From an uncultured virus (IMG/VR IMGVR_UViG_3300046387_001331) (lineage: Duplodnaviria > Heunggongvirae > Uroviricota > Caudoviricetes): DNA of 20,000 nucleotides. Numbering within the stretch: position 1 is the stretch's first letter; every line of letters starts with the position of its first letter. Location: IMG/VR virus record IMGVR_UViG_3300046387_001331; one strand, 5' to 3'. A model generated the notes under the pieces. That model was not told the DNA's origin. It did not search any database and was given only the letters and a program-made list of their open reading frames with translations. This document shows, piece after piece, positions 8,525 to 16,867 of this stretch. Made by a program: the position numbers and the translations under genes.

Positions 8525-9344
8525 AAACTTAATTGAAATACAAAAAAAGATATTACACCTTGTTAATGAAGGTAGTCAAGTAGACAAAGTGATTGATAAA
8601 ACAACTTCTGAATTAAACACCACCGAAAAAATAGAACTAAAATTGCTATTTGAAGATGCTATGAGAACACATCGGATGAATGCAGAAAACTGGATGCAAA
8701 CAGATTTAATATTTCCATTGAGTGAGATACTGAAATCAAGATTGTTTGTATATCCAGAGTCAAGTGAGCAATATTACGGATATGAACCAAGTCCACTTGA
8801 ACTTAAAATACAAAATTGGAAAGAGTTGGAAAACGAAGAAGGTGCATTGTATGCTTTAATTTACAATGACATAGAAAAACGAAACAAAGCAATTTACGAT
8901 TTAGCAGACAAAGTGGCAAGAAACAATCAATGTAATATTGATTTGGGAATTTTCATAAGTGAACTTGACAAGCATATTACAAGATACACAAGTGAAATAG
9001 ATATATTATCAGGATTACATCTTCGTTATAGTATTCCACAAAAAAACATATTAGTGTGGGACACTTTAACTTGTGCAGAAAATTTAGGAGGAACGAACTC
9101 ACAAACTTTTGGCAGATACAAAATATCTTGTAAGTTTCAGTGGGAACTATTAAATAGAACTCCTGAGCCAGAAGTAGGTTATCTTCAAATAGAAGAAAAC
9201 GATGATGTAAAAAATTTAGGTGATTCGTTTCATCCTATTTTTGTGGAAATGGTGGAAAACTTTTATGATCTTGATAACAAATTAGATTTACTATACAATA
9301 AACTAAATGATATTAGACAAACAAACGATAGAGTCGCAGACTGA
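8517..9344 (+). CDS. Hypothetical protein (275 aa)
   Basis: Long ORF with no recognised motif. Confidence 0.75.
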   Translation: MSKNLIEIQKKILHLVNEGSQVDKVIDKTTSELNTTEKIELKLLFEDAMRTHRMNAENWMQTDLIFPLSEILKSRLFVYPESSEQYYGYEPSPLELKIQNWKELENEEGALYALIYNDIEKRNKAIYDLADKVARNNQCNIDLGIFISELDKHITRYTSEIDILSGLHLRYSIPQKNILVWDTLTCAENLGGTNSQTFGRYKISCKFQWELLNRTPEPEVGYLQIEENDDVKNLGDSFHPIFVEMVENFYDLDNKLDLLYNKLNDIRQTNDRVAD

Positions 9345-10290
9345 ATATTTTCTATCAGAATTTGAAAGACTCCTTGTTTGCGAAATAGAATCTTTGGATA
9401 AAAGAGTTCAGTATCTCGTAGACTTCGTATTAAAAAATAAAGGAAAACGACTTAGACCTTTATTGGTTCATAGTTGTTGTGATATTAAAAATAGGTATAC
9501 ATTTGATGATGCAATCAATGCAAGCATCATCGTGGAACTTATTCACATAGCAACATTGATTCACGATGATGTAATTGACAACGCAGATGTTCGTAGAAAT
9601 CAAGCAACACTTCATAGCATCACGAACGCAAATGAAGCAATTTTAGTGGGAGACATTTTATTTTCCCATGCACTTGAAATGGCATCTTCGTTTCCTGATA
9701 CAATGGTGTGTCGTGAAGTAGCATCAGCAGTTAAGTTGACTTGTATGGGTGAAGTAAGTCAATCATTTGCTCAATGCAACTATGACACTACACTTGAAGA
9801 ATACGAAAATATTCTGATTGGTAAAACAGGTAAACTATTTGCGTGTGCTTGTCGGTTGGGTGCAAGATTGAGTAATCAAAAAATCAATGTAATTGGAAGT
9901 GTAGAACGTTTCGCAGAAAATCTCGGACTTGCTTATCAATTATATGATGACACTATTGATGTATTTGGTTCAGAAAGCAATGCACACAAAACATTAAAGA
10001 CTGATTTGAAAACAGGTAAAGTAACATTACCTGTTATACTACTTTTGCAAAGTTGTTGCGAAGAAGAGCGCAAACCAATCATTGAGATGCTAACAAACTA
10101 CGATGACAATGTAGATAAATTAAATGATATTTTTGAAGCATACGACATCAAACAAAAATGTTGCGAAATTATTGCGGACAAACTAAACGAAATGAACACT
10201 TGTATTGATAATGTAAGTTATTTACCAATTGCAGAAAAAATGAAAAACATATCAGAAAAGATTTGCAATAAAATCAAATACACTTTATGA
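9307..10290 (+). CDS. ispB: Trans-polyprenyl diphosphate synthase (IspB/HepT-like, long chain)
   Basis: GKRLRP, first Asp-rich motif ATLIHDDVIDNADVRR, AILVGD, KTG, second motif YQLYDDTID, DLKTGKVTLP. Confidence 0.9.
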   Translation: MILDKQTIESQTEYFLSEFERLLVCEIESLDKRVQYLVDFVLKNKGKRLRPLLVHSCCDIKNRYTFDDAINASIIVELIHIATLIHDDVIDNADVRRNQATLHSITNANEAILVGDILFSHALEMASSFPDTMVCREVASAVKLTCMGEVSQSFAQCNYDTTLEEYENILIGKTGKLFACACRLGARLSNQKINVIGSVERFAENLGLAYQLYDDTIDVFGSESNAHKTLKTDLKTGKVTLPVILLLQSCCEEERKPIIEMLTNYDDNVDKLNDIFEAYDIKQKCCEIIADKLNEMNTCIDNVSYLPIAEKMKNISEKICNKIKYTL

Positions 10291-10302
10291 TAACAATATT
10301 AT

Positions 10303-10617
10303 ATGAGTAATTTAATAACACCAAAATTTGACAAACCTGAACAATCAATTCGTGATTGGATCGCAGAGCAGAATTCAGATGCTATTATGATCAATGGATA
10401 TGATCATTGCATTCTTGGAATTTCAATACACGGATCAATTATTTATTCGGTGGAACACATTCTTAAAACTTTAGTTCATCACGATCATCATTGGGACTTT
10501 GATGATGCGATTGAGTGGTTTGAATTTAATATCCAAGGATCATTCACCAACAAGAAAAACGAACCCGTATTCGTGCAATCAGATTACTCAACCTATTCCC
10601 TTGACTTTTCAGAATAA
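10303..10617 (+). CDS. Conserved phage hypothetical protein
   Basis: GYDHCILG...YS...DAIEWFEFNI.GSF...PVFV pattern, recalled as common in phages. Confidence 0.75.
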   Translation: MSNLITPKFDKPEQSIRDWIAEQNSDAIMINGYDHCILGISIHGSIIYSVEHILKTLVHHDHHWDFDDAIEWFEFNIQGSFTNKKNEPVFVQSDYSTYSLDFSE

Positions 10618-10633
10618 GCAGAAAGATTATATT

Positions 10634-11065
10634 ATGACAACAGGAACAATTAAAACAAATGCAGGCTCAATGAAGATTGAGTTTTATGATAACGATGCAC
10701 CTAACACGGTGAAGAACTTTTGTGACTTGGCAAACAAAGGATTTTATGAGGGATTAAATTTTCATAGAGTTATTCCTGGATTTGTAGCACAGGGTGGATG
10801 TCCAGACGGAACAGGTGGAGGAGGTCCAGGTTACACAATTGATTGCGAAACACAAGGTGGTAATCAATATCACGATAAAGGAGTATTGAGCATGGCACAC
10901 GCAGGACCCAATACTGGTGGTTCTCAATTCTTTTTAGTGCATACTCGTCAAGCAACTGCTCATCTAGACGGAGGTCATACTTGCTTCGGAAAAGTTACAG
11001 AGGGTTTAGAAGTTATTGATCAAATTCGTCAAGGTGATACTTTTAGTGTAATCATAGACGAATAA
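10634..11065 (+). CDS. ppiB: Cyclophilin-type peptidyl-prolyl cis-trans isomerase
   Basis: APNTVKNF, FYEGLNFHRVIPGFVAQGG, LSMAHAGPNTGGSQFF, HLDGGHTCFGKV. True start is ATG 10634 (143 aa). Confidence 0.95.
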   Translation: MTTGTIKTNAGSMKIEFYDNDAPNTVKNFCDLANKGFYEGLNFHRVIPGFVAQGGCPDGTGGGGPGYTIDCETQGGNQYHDKGVLSMAHAGPNTGGSQFFLVHTRQATAHLDGGHTCFGKVTEGLEVIDQIRQGDTFSVIIDE

Positions 11066-11172
11066 TGTACCACGAATCATTTTGGTATATAGGTATTGCT
11101 TTTACTTTGCTTATATTCATAGTTGGCATACTTCATTATTTTGGTGATGAAGATGACGATGACAATAAATGA
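11065..11172 (+). CDS. Small single-TM protein (35 aa, not in ORF track)
   Basis: TAATG overlap. MYHESFWYIGIAFTLLIFIVGILHYFGDEDDDDNK*. Confidence 0.55.
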   Translation: MYHESFWYIGIAFTLLIFIVGILHYFGDEDDDDNK

Positions 11173-11187
11173 TATTAAATGTTAGTA

Positions 11188-11195
11188 ATATTTAT
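11188..11195 (+). promoter_or_regulatory. Putative phage late promoter motif ATATTTAT
   Basis: 5 nt before GTG 11201. Repeated at 15960 and 16988. Confidence 0.55.
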
Positions 11196-11200
11196 ATTAT

Positions 11201-12904
11201 GTGGGAAATGAACATAAAATATATGCTATTACAATTTCTAAACACTATGCCAAGATTCTTGATGTTGCTATAAGTGAAAATGCAGATTATTTCGAAAAGT
11301 GGTTCATTGTAACTCAGGAAGATGATAAAGATACAATTGAAGTTATAAAAAAACACAACAAACCTAATATTGAGTTAATATATTATCCATTAGTTCCTAG
11401 TAAAAAACAAAGTAATCATGCAAAGTCATTATTAAAAGGAAAGTATAGACAAATTTCAATCCCACCTTGGATTTTACCGATTGATAAGAATCAATCTGAA
11501 CGTCAACAAAAAGAATTAAGAAAACTTAAAAGGAAAGGACTTGTTTTTGATAAGGGAGGTGCTTTGTGCCAAATTCAAACCCAAGTATTACCAAACGAAA
11601 ATTTGTCAGAAAACGATTTGGTTCTTTTACTTGATTCTGATATAGTTTTACCAAGAAATTTTAAAAATTGTATAAACAAAGAAAAGTTCAAGAAAAATTA
11701 TTTATATGGAGCAAAAAGGCAAGACTTTTTGTTTTACGATGATTTTCTTAATAAAAAAAATTGTATTAAATATTCTGCGTTTGAGGGTGCAGGTTATTTT
11801 CAGTTATATGTAAATGATAATTCAAAAATTTGCAAACGTACATTGGATTGTGGGTATGTAGATTCTGAATTTAAAGATCAATTTGATGATTTAATAACCT
11901 TGGAAAAAATTAAAACTTCCCACCTTGGTGCTGGTGATATGAATTGGGAGGGTAAGGAAATTGAATCATTTTTATTTAATGAAGAACTTGAAGATTTTTG
12001 TGCGGTGCATTGTATAGAATATAAAGAGCAAGATATAAGAAATACAAAAAATAATGTAAAAAGATTTATAGAAGCTGCGAGATTGCATTTACAACAACAT
12101 AAAAACGGATTCCCAAAATATTTTTTATATGGATTTCCTAATTCAGGTACGAACTTAGTAATTAGTGGGTTAGAGTCACAATCAGATATTCAAGTAGCAA
12201 AAAAAGGATATAATGAATATTTAAATTTTTTTGATGATAAAGAGAATTTTACAAGTTGGTGGAAAAACTTCCGAAAGTATATGTCTTATTTTCCGAGGTT
12301 GCTTGGTGGGAATTCGAATTGGGTTGATTTTTCTGAAAAATTAGTAAATGACTTTAATTTAAATTTAGAAAGATTATATCTGACATTTAAACAAAGGAAA
12401 TCCAATAACTTTAAAGATGTTAAATTTGTGTTCATTGTGAGAAACCCAACAGAACGTGCGTTTTCTTTGTATAATAATTATTTGTCGAATTTTCCTGCCT
12501 CAAGCACTTGGAAATGGTGTTATCCTGGATTTAGTTTTGATGAGAATATAGAAAGTGAAATAATTTCATTTCAAACCATTGAAAAATCAAGTAAGTGTGG
12601 TTCTTTTTTAGTGGAAGGTTGTTATTCTTACTTTATTCATAAAATTGTATCTAAATTTAAGTTGAAAAGTGAAGACTTTCATGTAATAGCAATGGAGGAA
12701 CTTGAAGGTAAAGATTCTAAAAAACACAACAAAGAGTTGTGTAACTTTTTAAATATTAAAAAACTAAATATACCTCCCATGAGTAGTGTACCGTCCAAAA
12801 TGAACTCAGAGATTAGAGTAAAATTAAATAATTTTTATAAACCTTTTAATAAAATTTTATATAAAATAATAAACAGAGAAATCAAAGAGTGGGAAGATGA
12901 TTAA
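11201..12904 (+). CDS. GT-A glycosyltransferase-like domain fused to a sulfotransferase-like domain (paralog 1)
   Basis: IVTQEDD, FDKGG, VLLLDSDIVLP (DxD), GYFQLY, HLG. C-terminal domain has FLYGFPNSGT (altered 5'-PSB) and IVRNPTERAFSLY (3'-PB). Confidence 0.8.
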   Translation: MGNEHKIYAITISKHYAKILDVAISENADYFEKWFIVTQEDDKDTIEVIKKHNKPNIELIYYPLVPSKKQSNHAKSLLKGKYRQISIPPWILPIDKNQSERQQKELRKLKRKGLVFDKGGALCQIQTQVLPNENLSENDLVLLLDSDIVLPRNFKNCINKEKFKKNYLYGAKRQDFLFYDDFLNKKNCIKYSAFEGAGYFQLYVNDNSKICKRTLDCGYVDSEFKDQFDDLITLEKIKTSHLGAGDMNWEGKEIESFLFNEELEDFCAVHCIEYKEQDIRNTKNNVKRFIEAARLHLQQHKNGFPKYFLYGFPNSGTNLVISGLESQSDIQVAKKGYNEYLNFFDDKENFTSWWKNFRKYMSYFPRLLGGNSNWVDFSEKLVNDFNLNLERLYLTFKQRKSNNFKDVKFVFIVRNPTERAFSLYNNYLSNFPASSTWKWCYPGFSFDENIESEIISFQTIEKSSKCGSFLVEGCYSYFIHKIVSKFKLKSEDFHVIAMEELEGKDSKKHNKELCNFLNIKKLNIPPMSSVPSKMNSEIRVKLNNFYKPFNKILYKIINREIKEWEDD

Positions 12905-13649
12905 TATTGCATTAAGAAATACACGCAATTATTTAAAAGGAGAAGTTGATCATGCAAGTTCATCTGGAGACCTTGATACAATAAAAAGTGCAATAAAATG
13001 GTGGAATAAAAATTTCGATTTAGATTTCCATGAACTACGTTTAAGAATGAGAGAAGTGTCAATGGATATATTGAAATCCCAACCAGTTGTTGAGGAAATA
13101 TACCCTCATTATATGTCTACATATAAAACGAATAAAATTTATGCACCAATGGATGACGATGATATTTTTTTAATGAGTGTGACTGAATACGAAAAATGCC
13201 TAGAAAAATTAGATTCAGAATTTAATGCAGTCATACTTGGAATATATGTTCAAAAAATAGATTCAGATTTAAAATACAAATATGTAAAAAATCCAAAAAT
13301 AAAATTTAAATTCCATACTAATAATTTTCTATTTAAGCAAACGGATAAAACAAGTTTTTGTACTAAATGGGCAGGAGCACACAATAGAGTGTATATGTTA
13401 TCATATGTTAATTATATCTCTCTTAAAAATATTGAAACAAGTATTCACTTGACGCATCCTATCTCGGTAAGTCTTTTAAGACCAAAGTATTTAAATCTAT
13501 CAAATTGGTCTAACAAAGATCATGTAGATACGATGGTGCAAATAATAGAAAACTATGTGAATGATATTGAATATAAAAATGTCCCGGTAAAATTTCATAA
13601 AAAAATTGAAAAATATAAAGAAATATTTAGTGATGTTAGACCAAAATAA
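12897..13649 (+). CDS. Putative glycosyltransferase-like protein
   Basis: IYAPMDDDDIF is a strand followed by an acidic DxD-type motif. Context within the GT/ST cassette supports the call. Confidence 0.5.
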   Translation: MINIALRNTRNYLKGEVDHASSSGDLDTIKSAIKWWNKNFDLDFHELRLRMREVSMDILKSQPVVEEIYPHYMSTYKTNKIYAPMDDDDIFLMSVTEYEKCLEKLDSEFNAVILGIYVQKIDSDLKYKYVKNPKIKFKFHTNNFLFKQTDKTSFCTKWAGAHNRVYMLSYVNYISLKNIETSIHLTHPISVSLLRPKYLNLSNWSNKDHVDTMVQIIENYVNDIEYKNVPVKFHKKIEKYKEIFSDVRPK

Positions 13650-13653
13650 AATT

Positions 13654-14226
13654 ATGGAAATTAAAAAATTAAATTGCTATTTTATTCATATACCAAAAAC
13701 CGCAGGAACATCTATTTTTAGATTCCTAAACAAGTATTGTACTGCCGATGAAAAACTTGAATATAATAGAAATCCACATAGAATTGAAGAGAATTGTGAA
13801 AATTTATTCAAATTTTGCTTTGTAAGAAATCCCTGGGATAGATTTGTATCTTGCTATTTTTATTTTAGGAAGTACGGACAGAAATTTGGAAACGATGAAC
13901 ATACTGGAGACTTAGTTAATAAATTTGAAAGTTTCACAGAATTTGTACATAATTACGAATCAATAAAAAGTGAGTTAAGATGCCCGCATTTCAAATGTCA
14001 AACTCACTGGATGAAAAACAAAATTGATTTTATAGGACGAGTTGAGAACTTTGAAGATGATTTTAACGAGGTCTGTGATATAATAAAAATTACTAGGAAT
14101 TCTTTGGACAAAAAAAACAAAAGTTACCACAATCATTACACAACACATTACAATTTTGAAACAAAAAAAATCATAGAAAAATTATACGAAGATGATGTTA
14201 AAACATTCAATTACAATTTTGACTAG
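13654..14226 (+). CDS. Sulfotransferase family 2 (carbohydrate sulfotransferase-like)
   Basis: FIHIPKTAGTSI (5'-PSB), FCFVRNPWDRFVSCY (3'-PB), HFxxQ, DFIGRVENFEDDF, YEDDVKTFNY. Start moved from 13606. Confidence 0.9.
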   Translation: MEIKKLNCYFIHIPKTAGTSIFRFLNKYCTADEKLEYNRNPHRIEENCENLFKFCFVRNPWDRFVSCYFYFRKYGQKFGNDEHTGDLVNKFESFTEFVHNYESIKSELRCPHFKCQTHWMKNKIDFIGRVENFEDDFNEVCDIIKITRNSLDKKNKSYHNHYTTHYNFETKKIIEKLYEDDVKTFNYNFD

Positions 14227-14235
14227 GATAATAAA

Positions 14236-15939
14236 ATGAATAAAATAATTGGAATAACAATTAGTAAAAATTATGCAGATTTATTGCAGATAGTAGTAGA
14301 TAATAATGTTGATTTATTTGATAAATGGTACATTGTCACCCAAGAGGATGATGTTGAAACTATTAAGGTAATTCAAAATTGTGGATTCCCAAATGTCAAA
14401 TTATTATTTTATCCACTTGTACCAAAGTGCTCAAAGCAAGAAGATGTCGTGAGTCCATTCATTGGTGAAAATATCATTGCATCTAACTCTGACATGAATT
14501 TGACAAAAAATGTTATATTTGACAAAGGTGGTGCTATAAAGATGGTTCAAAAAAAATATACTTCAAATGGAGATTTAGTTTTAATTTTGGATAGTGATAT
14601 CGTGATACCAAATGAAACAAAGGAATACATCAGGAAAAATAAATTTAGCAGAAAAAAATTGTATGGTGCTGTTAGATACGATTACACGGATTATAGTGAT
14701 TTTATCCATGAAGAAAATAGTAAATTTTACGCAGATGCTCTAAATGGTAATCAATACAGATCACTTCATGTAGATGGATATTTTCATTTATATATTAGCA
14801 TTGGTAAAACTTATGATAGATCAGAGTCAGCTGCATACCCAGACACTTGGTTTAAATTCAAATATTGCAGTGGTGTAAGTGGATTAAATAAAATAAAAGT
14901 TGGAGATGTTTTAACGATGAGAACAAAAACATTGTGGGACAAAAAAAATCCAGTAAAAGATGTTGTAAAACAAGTCAAAATAAGAAAGATTGAAATGAAA
15001 GACAACAGAATTAACTATGTTGAAGTTGATGGATTGTATAATCAAACAAAGAAAATTCACATCACAGAAATTTTAACATCAGACACCGATCTAAATCTTG
15101 AGGTTTTACCTGAACATCTTTGTGTTTTCCATTTAGGTGACTCTTGTGGTGATTGGTCAAAACGCACCACCAATGAATTCTTAAATAAAAAATCAAGTAA
15201 GTTACCAGACTTTATTGGATGTGGTTTTCAAAAAAGTGCAACATCTGCTTTATCTATAAATTTGAATCAACATCCTGATATCCACATTCCATTTTGTGAA
15301 CATGATGATTGTCCATATAATGTTGAGTTTAATTTCTTTTCTTCATTATCACAAGCAAATACTTGGCACTTAGGAGTTGATTGGTATAAAAGTAATTTCC
15401 CAGATGATGGAAGAATGTGTGGTGAGATTTCACCTAACTATTGTTGGGTTGCCGATGAAGTTTCAAAAAAAATTTACGAAAATCATCCAAAGGCTAAATT
15501 AATTTTTTCATTAAGAAATCCAATTGATAGAGCATATTCTGCATATAATATGTACACTCAACTTTATCCAAAATCAAAAGAATGGGGAGGTTGGGAGATA
15601 AATGAATCTTTTATTTGGAATCTTAAGAATACACCTGCATTTCATATAAATTATTTAGAGGTGTTAGAGGAATACGCAAAGTATTTTTCCAAGGATCAAA
15701 TTCATTATATAATACAAGAAAGACTGAAAACAGATTCTTCAAACGAATACAATAAAATATTTGATTTTTTAAATGTAAAACATTATGAGATTAAAAATAA
15801 AGATATTCATAAAAGAGAGAAGGAACGAGATATTTCAGAACAAGAACGCAATGAATGTAAAAATGTTTTTGGAGATTGGGTCAACGGATTATTTGATTTC
15901 TTGGGTTACGAAATAAAAGAGTGGACAGATTTTTGTTGA
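14236..15939 (+). CDS. GT-A glycosyltransferase-like domain fused to a PAPS-dependent sulfotransferase (paralog 2)
   Basis: IVTQEDD, FDKGG, VLILDSDIVIP, GYFHLY, HLG. C-terminal LPDFIGCGFQKSATSAL..LNQHPDI, EFNFF, GEISPNY, KLIFSLRNPIDRAYSAY resembles the heparan-sulfate sulfotransferase fold. Confidence 0.88.
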   Translation: MNKIIGITISKNYADLLQIVVDNNVDLFDKWYIVTQEDDVETIKVIQNCGFPNVKLLFYPLVPKCSKQEDVVSPFIGENIIASNSDMNLTKNVIFDKGGAIKMVQKKYTSNGDLVLILDSDIVIPNETKEYIRKNKFSRKKLYGAVRYDYTDYSDFIHEENSKFYADALNGNQYRSLHVDGYFHLYISIGKTYDRSESAAYPDTWFKFKYCSGVSGLNKIKVGDVLTMRTKTLWDKKNPVKDVVKQVKIRKIEMKDNRINYVEVDGLYNQTKKIHITEILTSDTDLNLEVLPEHLCVFHLGDSCGDWSKRTTNEFLNKKSSKLPDFIGCGFQKSATSALSINLNQHPDIHIPFCEHDDCPYNVEFNFFSSLSQANTWHLGVDWYKSNFPDDGRMCGEISPNYCWVADEVSKKIYENHPKAKLIFSLRNPIDRAYSAYNMYTQLYPKSKEWGGWEINESFIWNLKNTPAFHINYLEVLEEYAKYFSKDQIHYIIQERLKTDSSNEYNKIFDFLNVKHYEIKNKDIHKREKERDISEQERNECKNVFGDWVNGLFDFLGYEIKEWTDFC

Positions 15940-15959
15940 ATATATAATTTAGTTTATAT

Positions 15960-15967
15960 ATATTTAT
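15960..15967 (+). promoter_or_regulatory. Putative phage late promoter motif ATATTTAT
   Basis: 4 nt before ATG 15972. Confidence 0.55.
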
Positions 15968-15971
15968 TGTT

Positions 15972-16289
15972 ATGGATATAAATGAACAATTTAAATCGTT
16001 ATTAGAAAATTCCACGGAAATTGACGAAGCAGTATCAAGAACTGGTTCATCCGGTACACTAGACCTTGATGAATTAGAAAGAAAACCTCGTCTTAGTATA
16101 AAATATTGGGAAAAACTTTTCAAGGGGAAGGCAGAAGATGTGTTTGACGGAATTCACGGGTACATCGTAATAATCAGAGTATCTTCAGTACAAAAACGAC
16201 ATCAATCAACTACATTCGAATATTTGACAAAAGGTCCTGATTATCGTTGGATTGAGTTTGATGATAAGTACATAAAGATTGGATTCTAA
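15972..16289 (+). CDS. Hypothetical protein, possible internal head protein
   Basis: N-terminal FKSLLEN...IDEA, at the head of an ATATTTAT operon. Confidence 0.7.
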   Translation: MDINEQFKSLLENSTEIDEAVSRTGSSGTLDLDELERKPRLSIKYWEKLFKGKAEDVFDGIHGYIVIIRVSSVQKRHQSTTFEYLTKGPDYRWIEFDDKYIKIGF

Positions 16290-16621
16290 TGGATAAAACG
16301 CAATTAAAGCAAGTTATAGAAGAAGAGTTCCAAAAACTTCTTAAAGAATACAAATACGAATTGTATCACAAGTCTTTTACTGCGGCTGCTCAAGAAGCAC
16401 GTAAAGTTGCGGAAAAGAAAGGGTTTGAAATTGACGAAGAAAATTGGACAACTGAAGTCGCATTTGGTGGAAAATACAGACGAGCAAGACCAAGTGTAGG
16501 CAAAAGTAATTCATTTAGTGTCGCATTAATTAAGAACGGAAAACCTCAACGCAAGCATTTACACTTTCAAGTATACGGAATGGAAAGTGGTAACTTTGAA
16601 TTAAACGCATACGTTTCGTAA
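16289..16621 (+). CDS. Conserved phage protein, probable internal head protein
   Basis: MDKTQLKQVIEEE leader, then a YELYHKSF...GKSNSFS...QVYGM..GNFELNAY domain recalled from T4-like phages. Confidence 0.75.
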   Translation: MDKTQLKQVIEEEFQKLLKEYKYELYHKSFTAAAQEARKVAEKKGFEIDEENWTTEVAFGGKYRRARPSVGKSNSFSVALIKNGKPQRKHLHFQVYGMESGNFELNAYVS

Positions 16622-16824
16622 TGTCTAAACGATGCAAAGCACGTAACAAGGTTATTGCAGAACTAGACTTTATTAAAAGTTTAGCACAAAATCTCCGTGA
16701 GGTTGTTGATGAGGCTGATTGGCCAAAAGAAGTTTGGGAAGCAAAAGCAATAGTTTTAAAAGAAGTTCAGAACACAATTGTTGACTTTTTAAAAGATATT
16801 GACGAAGAAAACGAAAAAAAGTAA
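16621..16824 (+). CDS. Hypothetical protein
   Basis: TAATG overlap, 67 aa. Confidence 0.65.
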   Translation: MSKRCKARNKVIAELDFIKSLAQNLREVVDEADWPKEVWEAKAIVLKEVQNTIVDFLKDIDEENEKK

Positions 16825-16832
16825 AAAAAACT

Positions 16833-16861
16833 TTGACTTTTTTGAAATAAAATAATAGTAT
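16833..16861 (+). promoter_or_regulatory. sigma70-type promoter
   Basis: TTGACT (16833-16838), 17 nt spacer, TAGTAT (16856-16861). Both hexamers are identical to those at 19620. Confidence 0.65.
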
Positions 16862-16867
16862 ACATAT

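Noticed and set aside
10601..10630. TTGACT upstream of the cyclophilin as a promoter
   Set aside because: The -10 match is poor (AAGATT at 16 nt or GATTAT at 18 nt). Possible but not supportable.
14866..15123. Insert beginning at a Cys as a possible mini-intein
   Set aside because: No terminal His-Asn followed by Cys/Ser/Thr, no TxxH block, and too short.
11201..15939. Both GT-ST fusions are exactly 567 aa
   Set aside because: They carry large indels at different places, so equal length is most likely coincidence. It also depends on the chosen GTG start.
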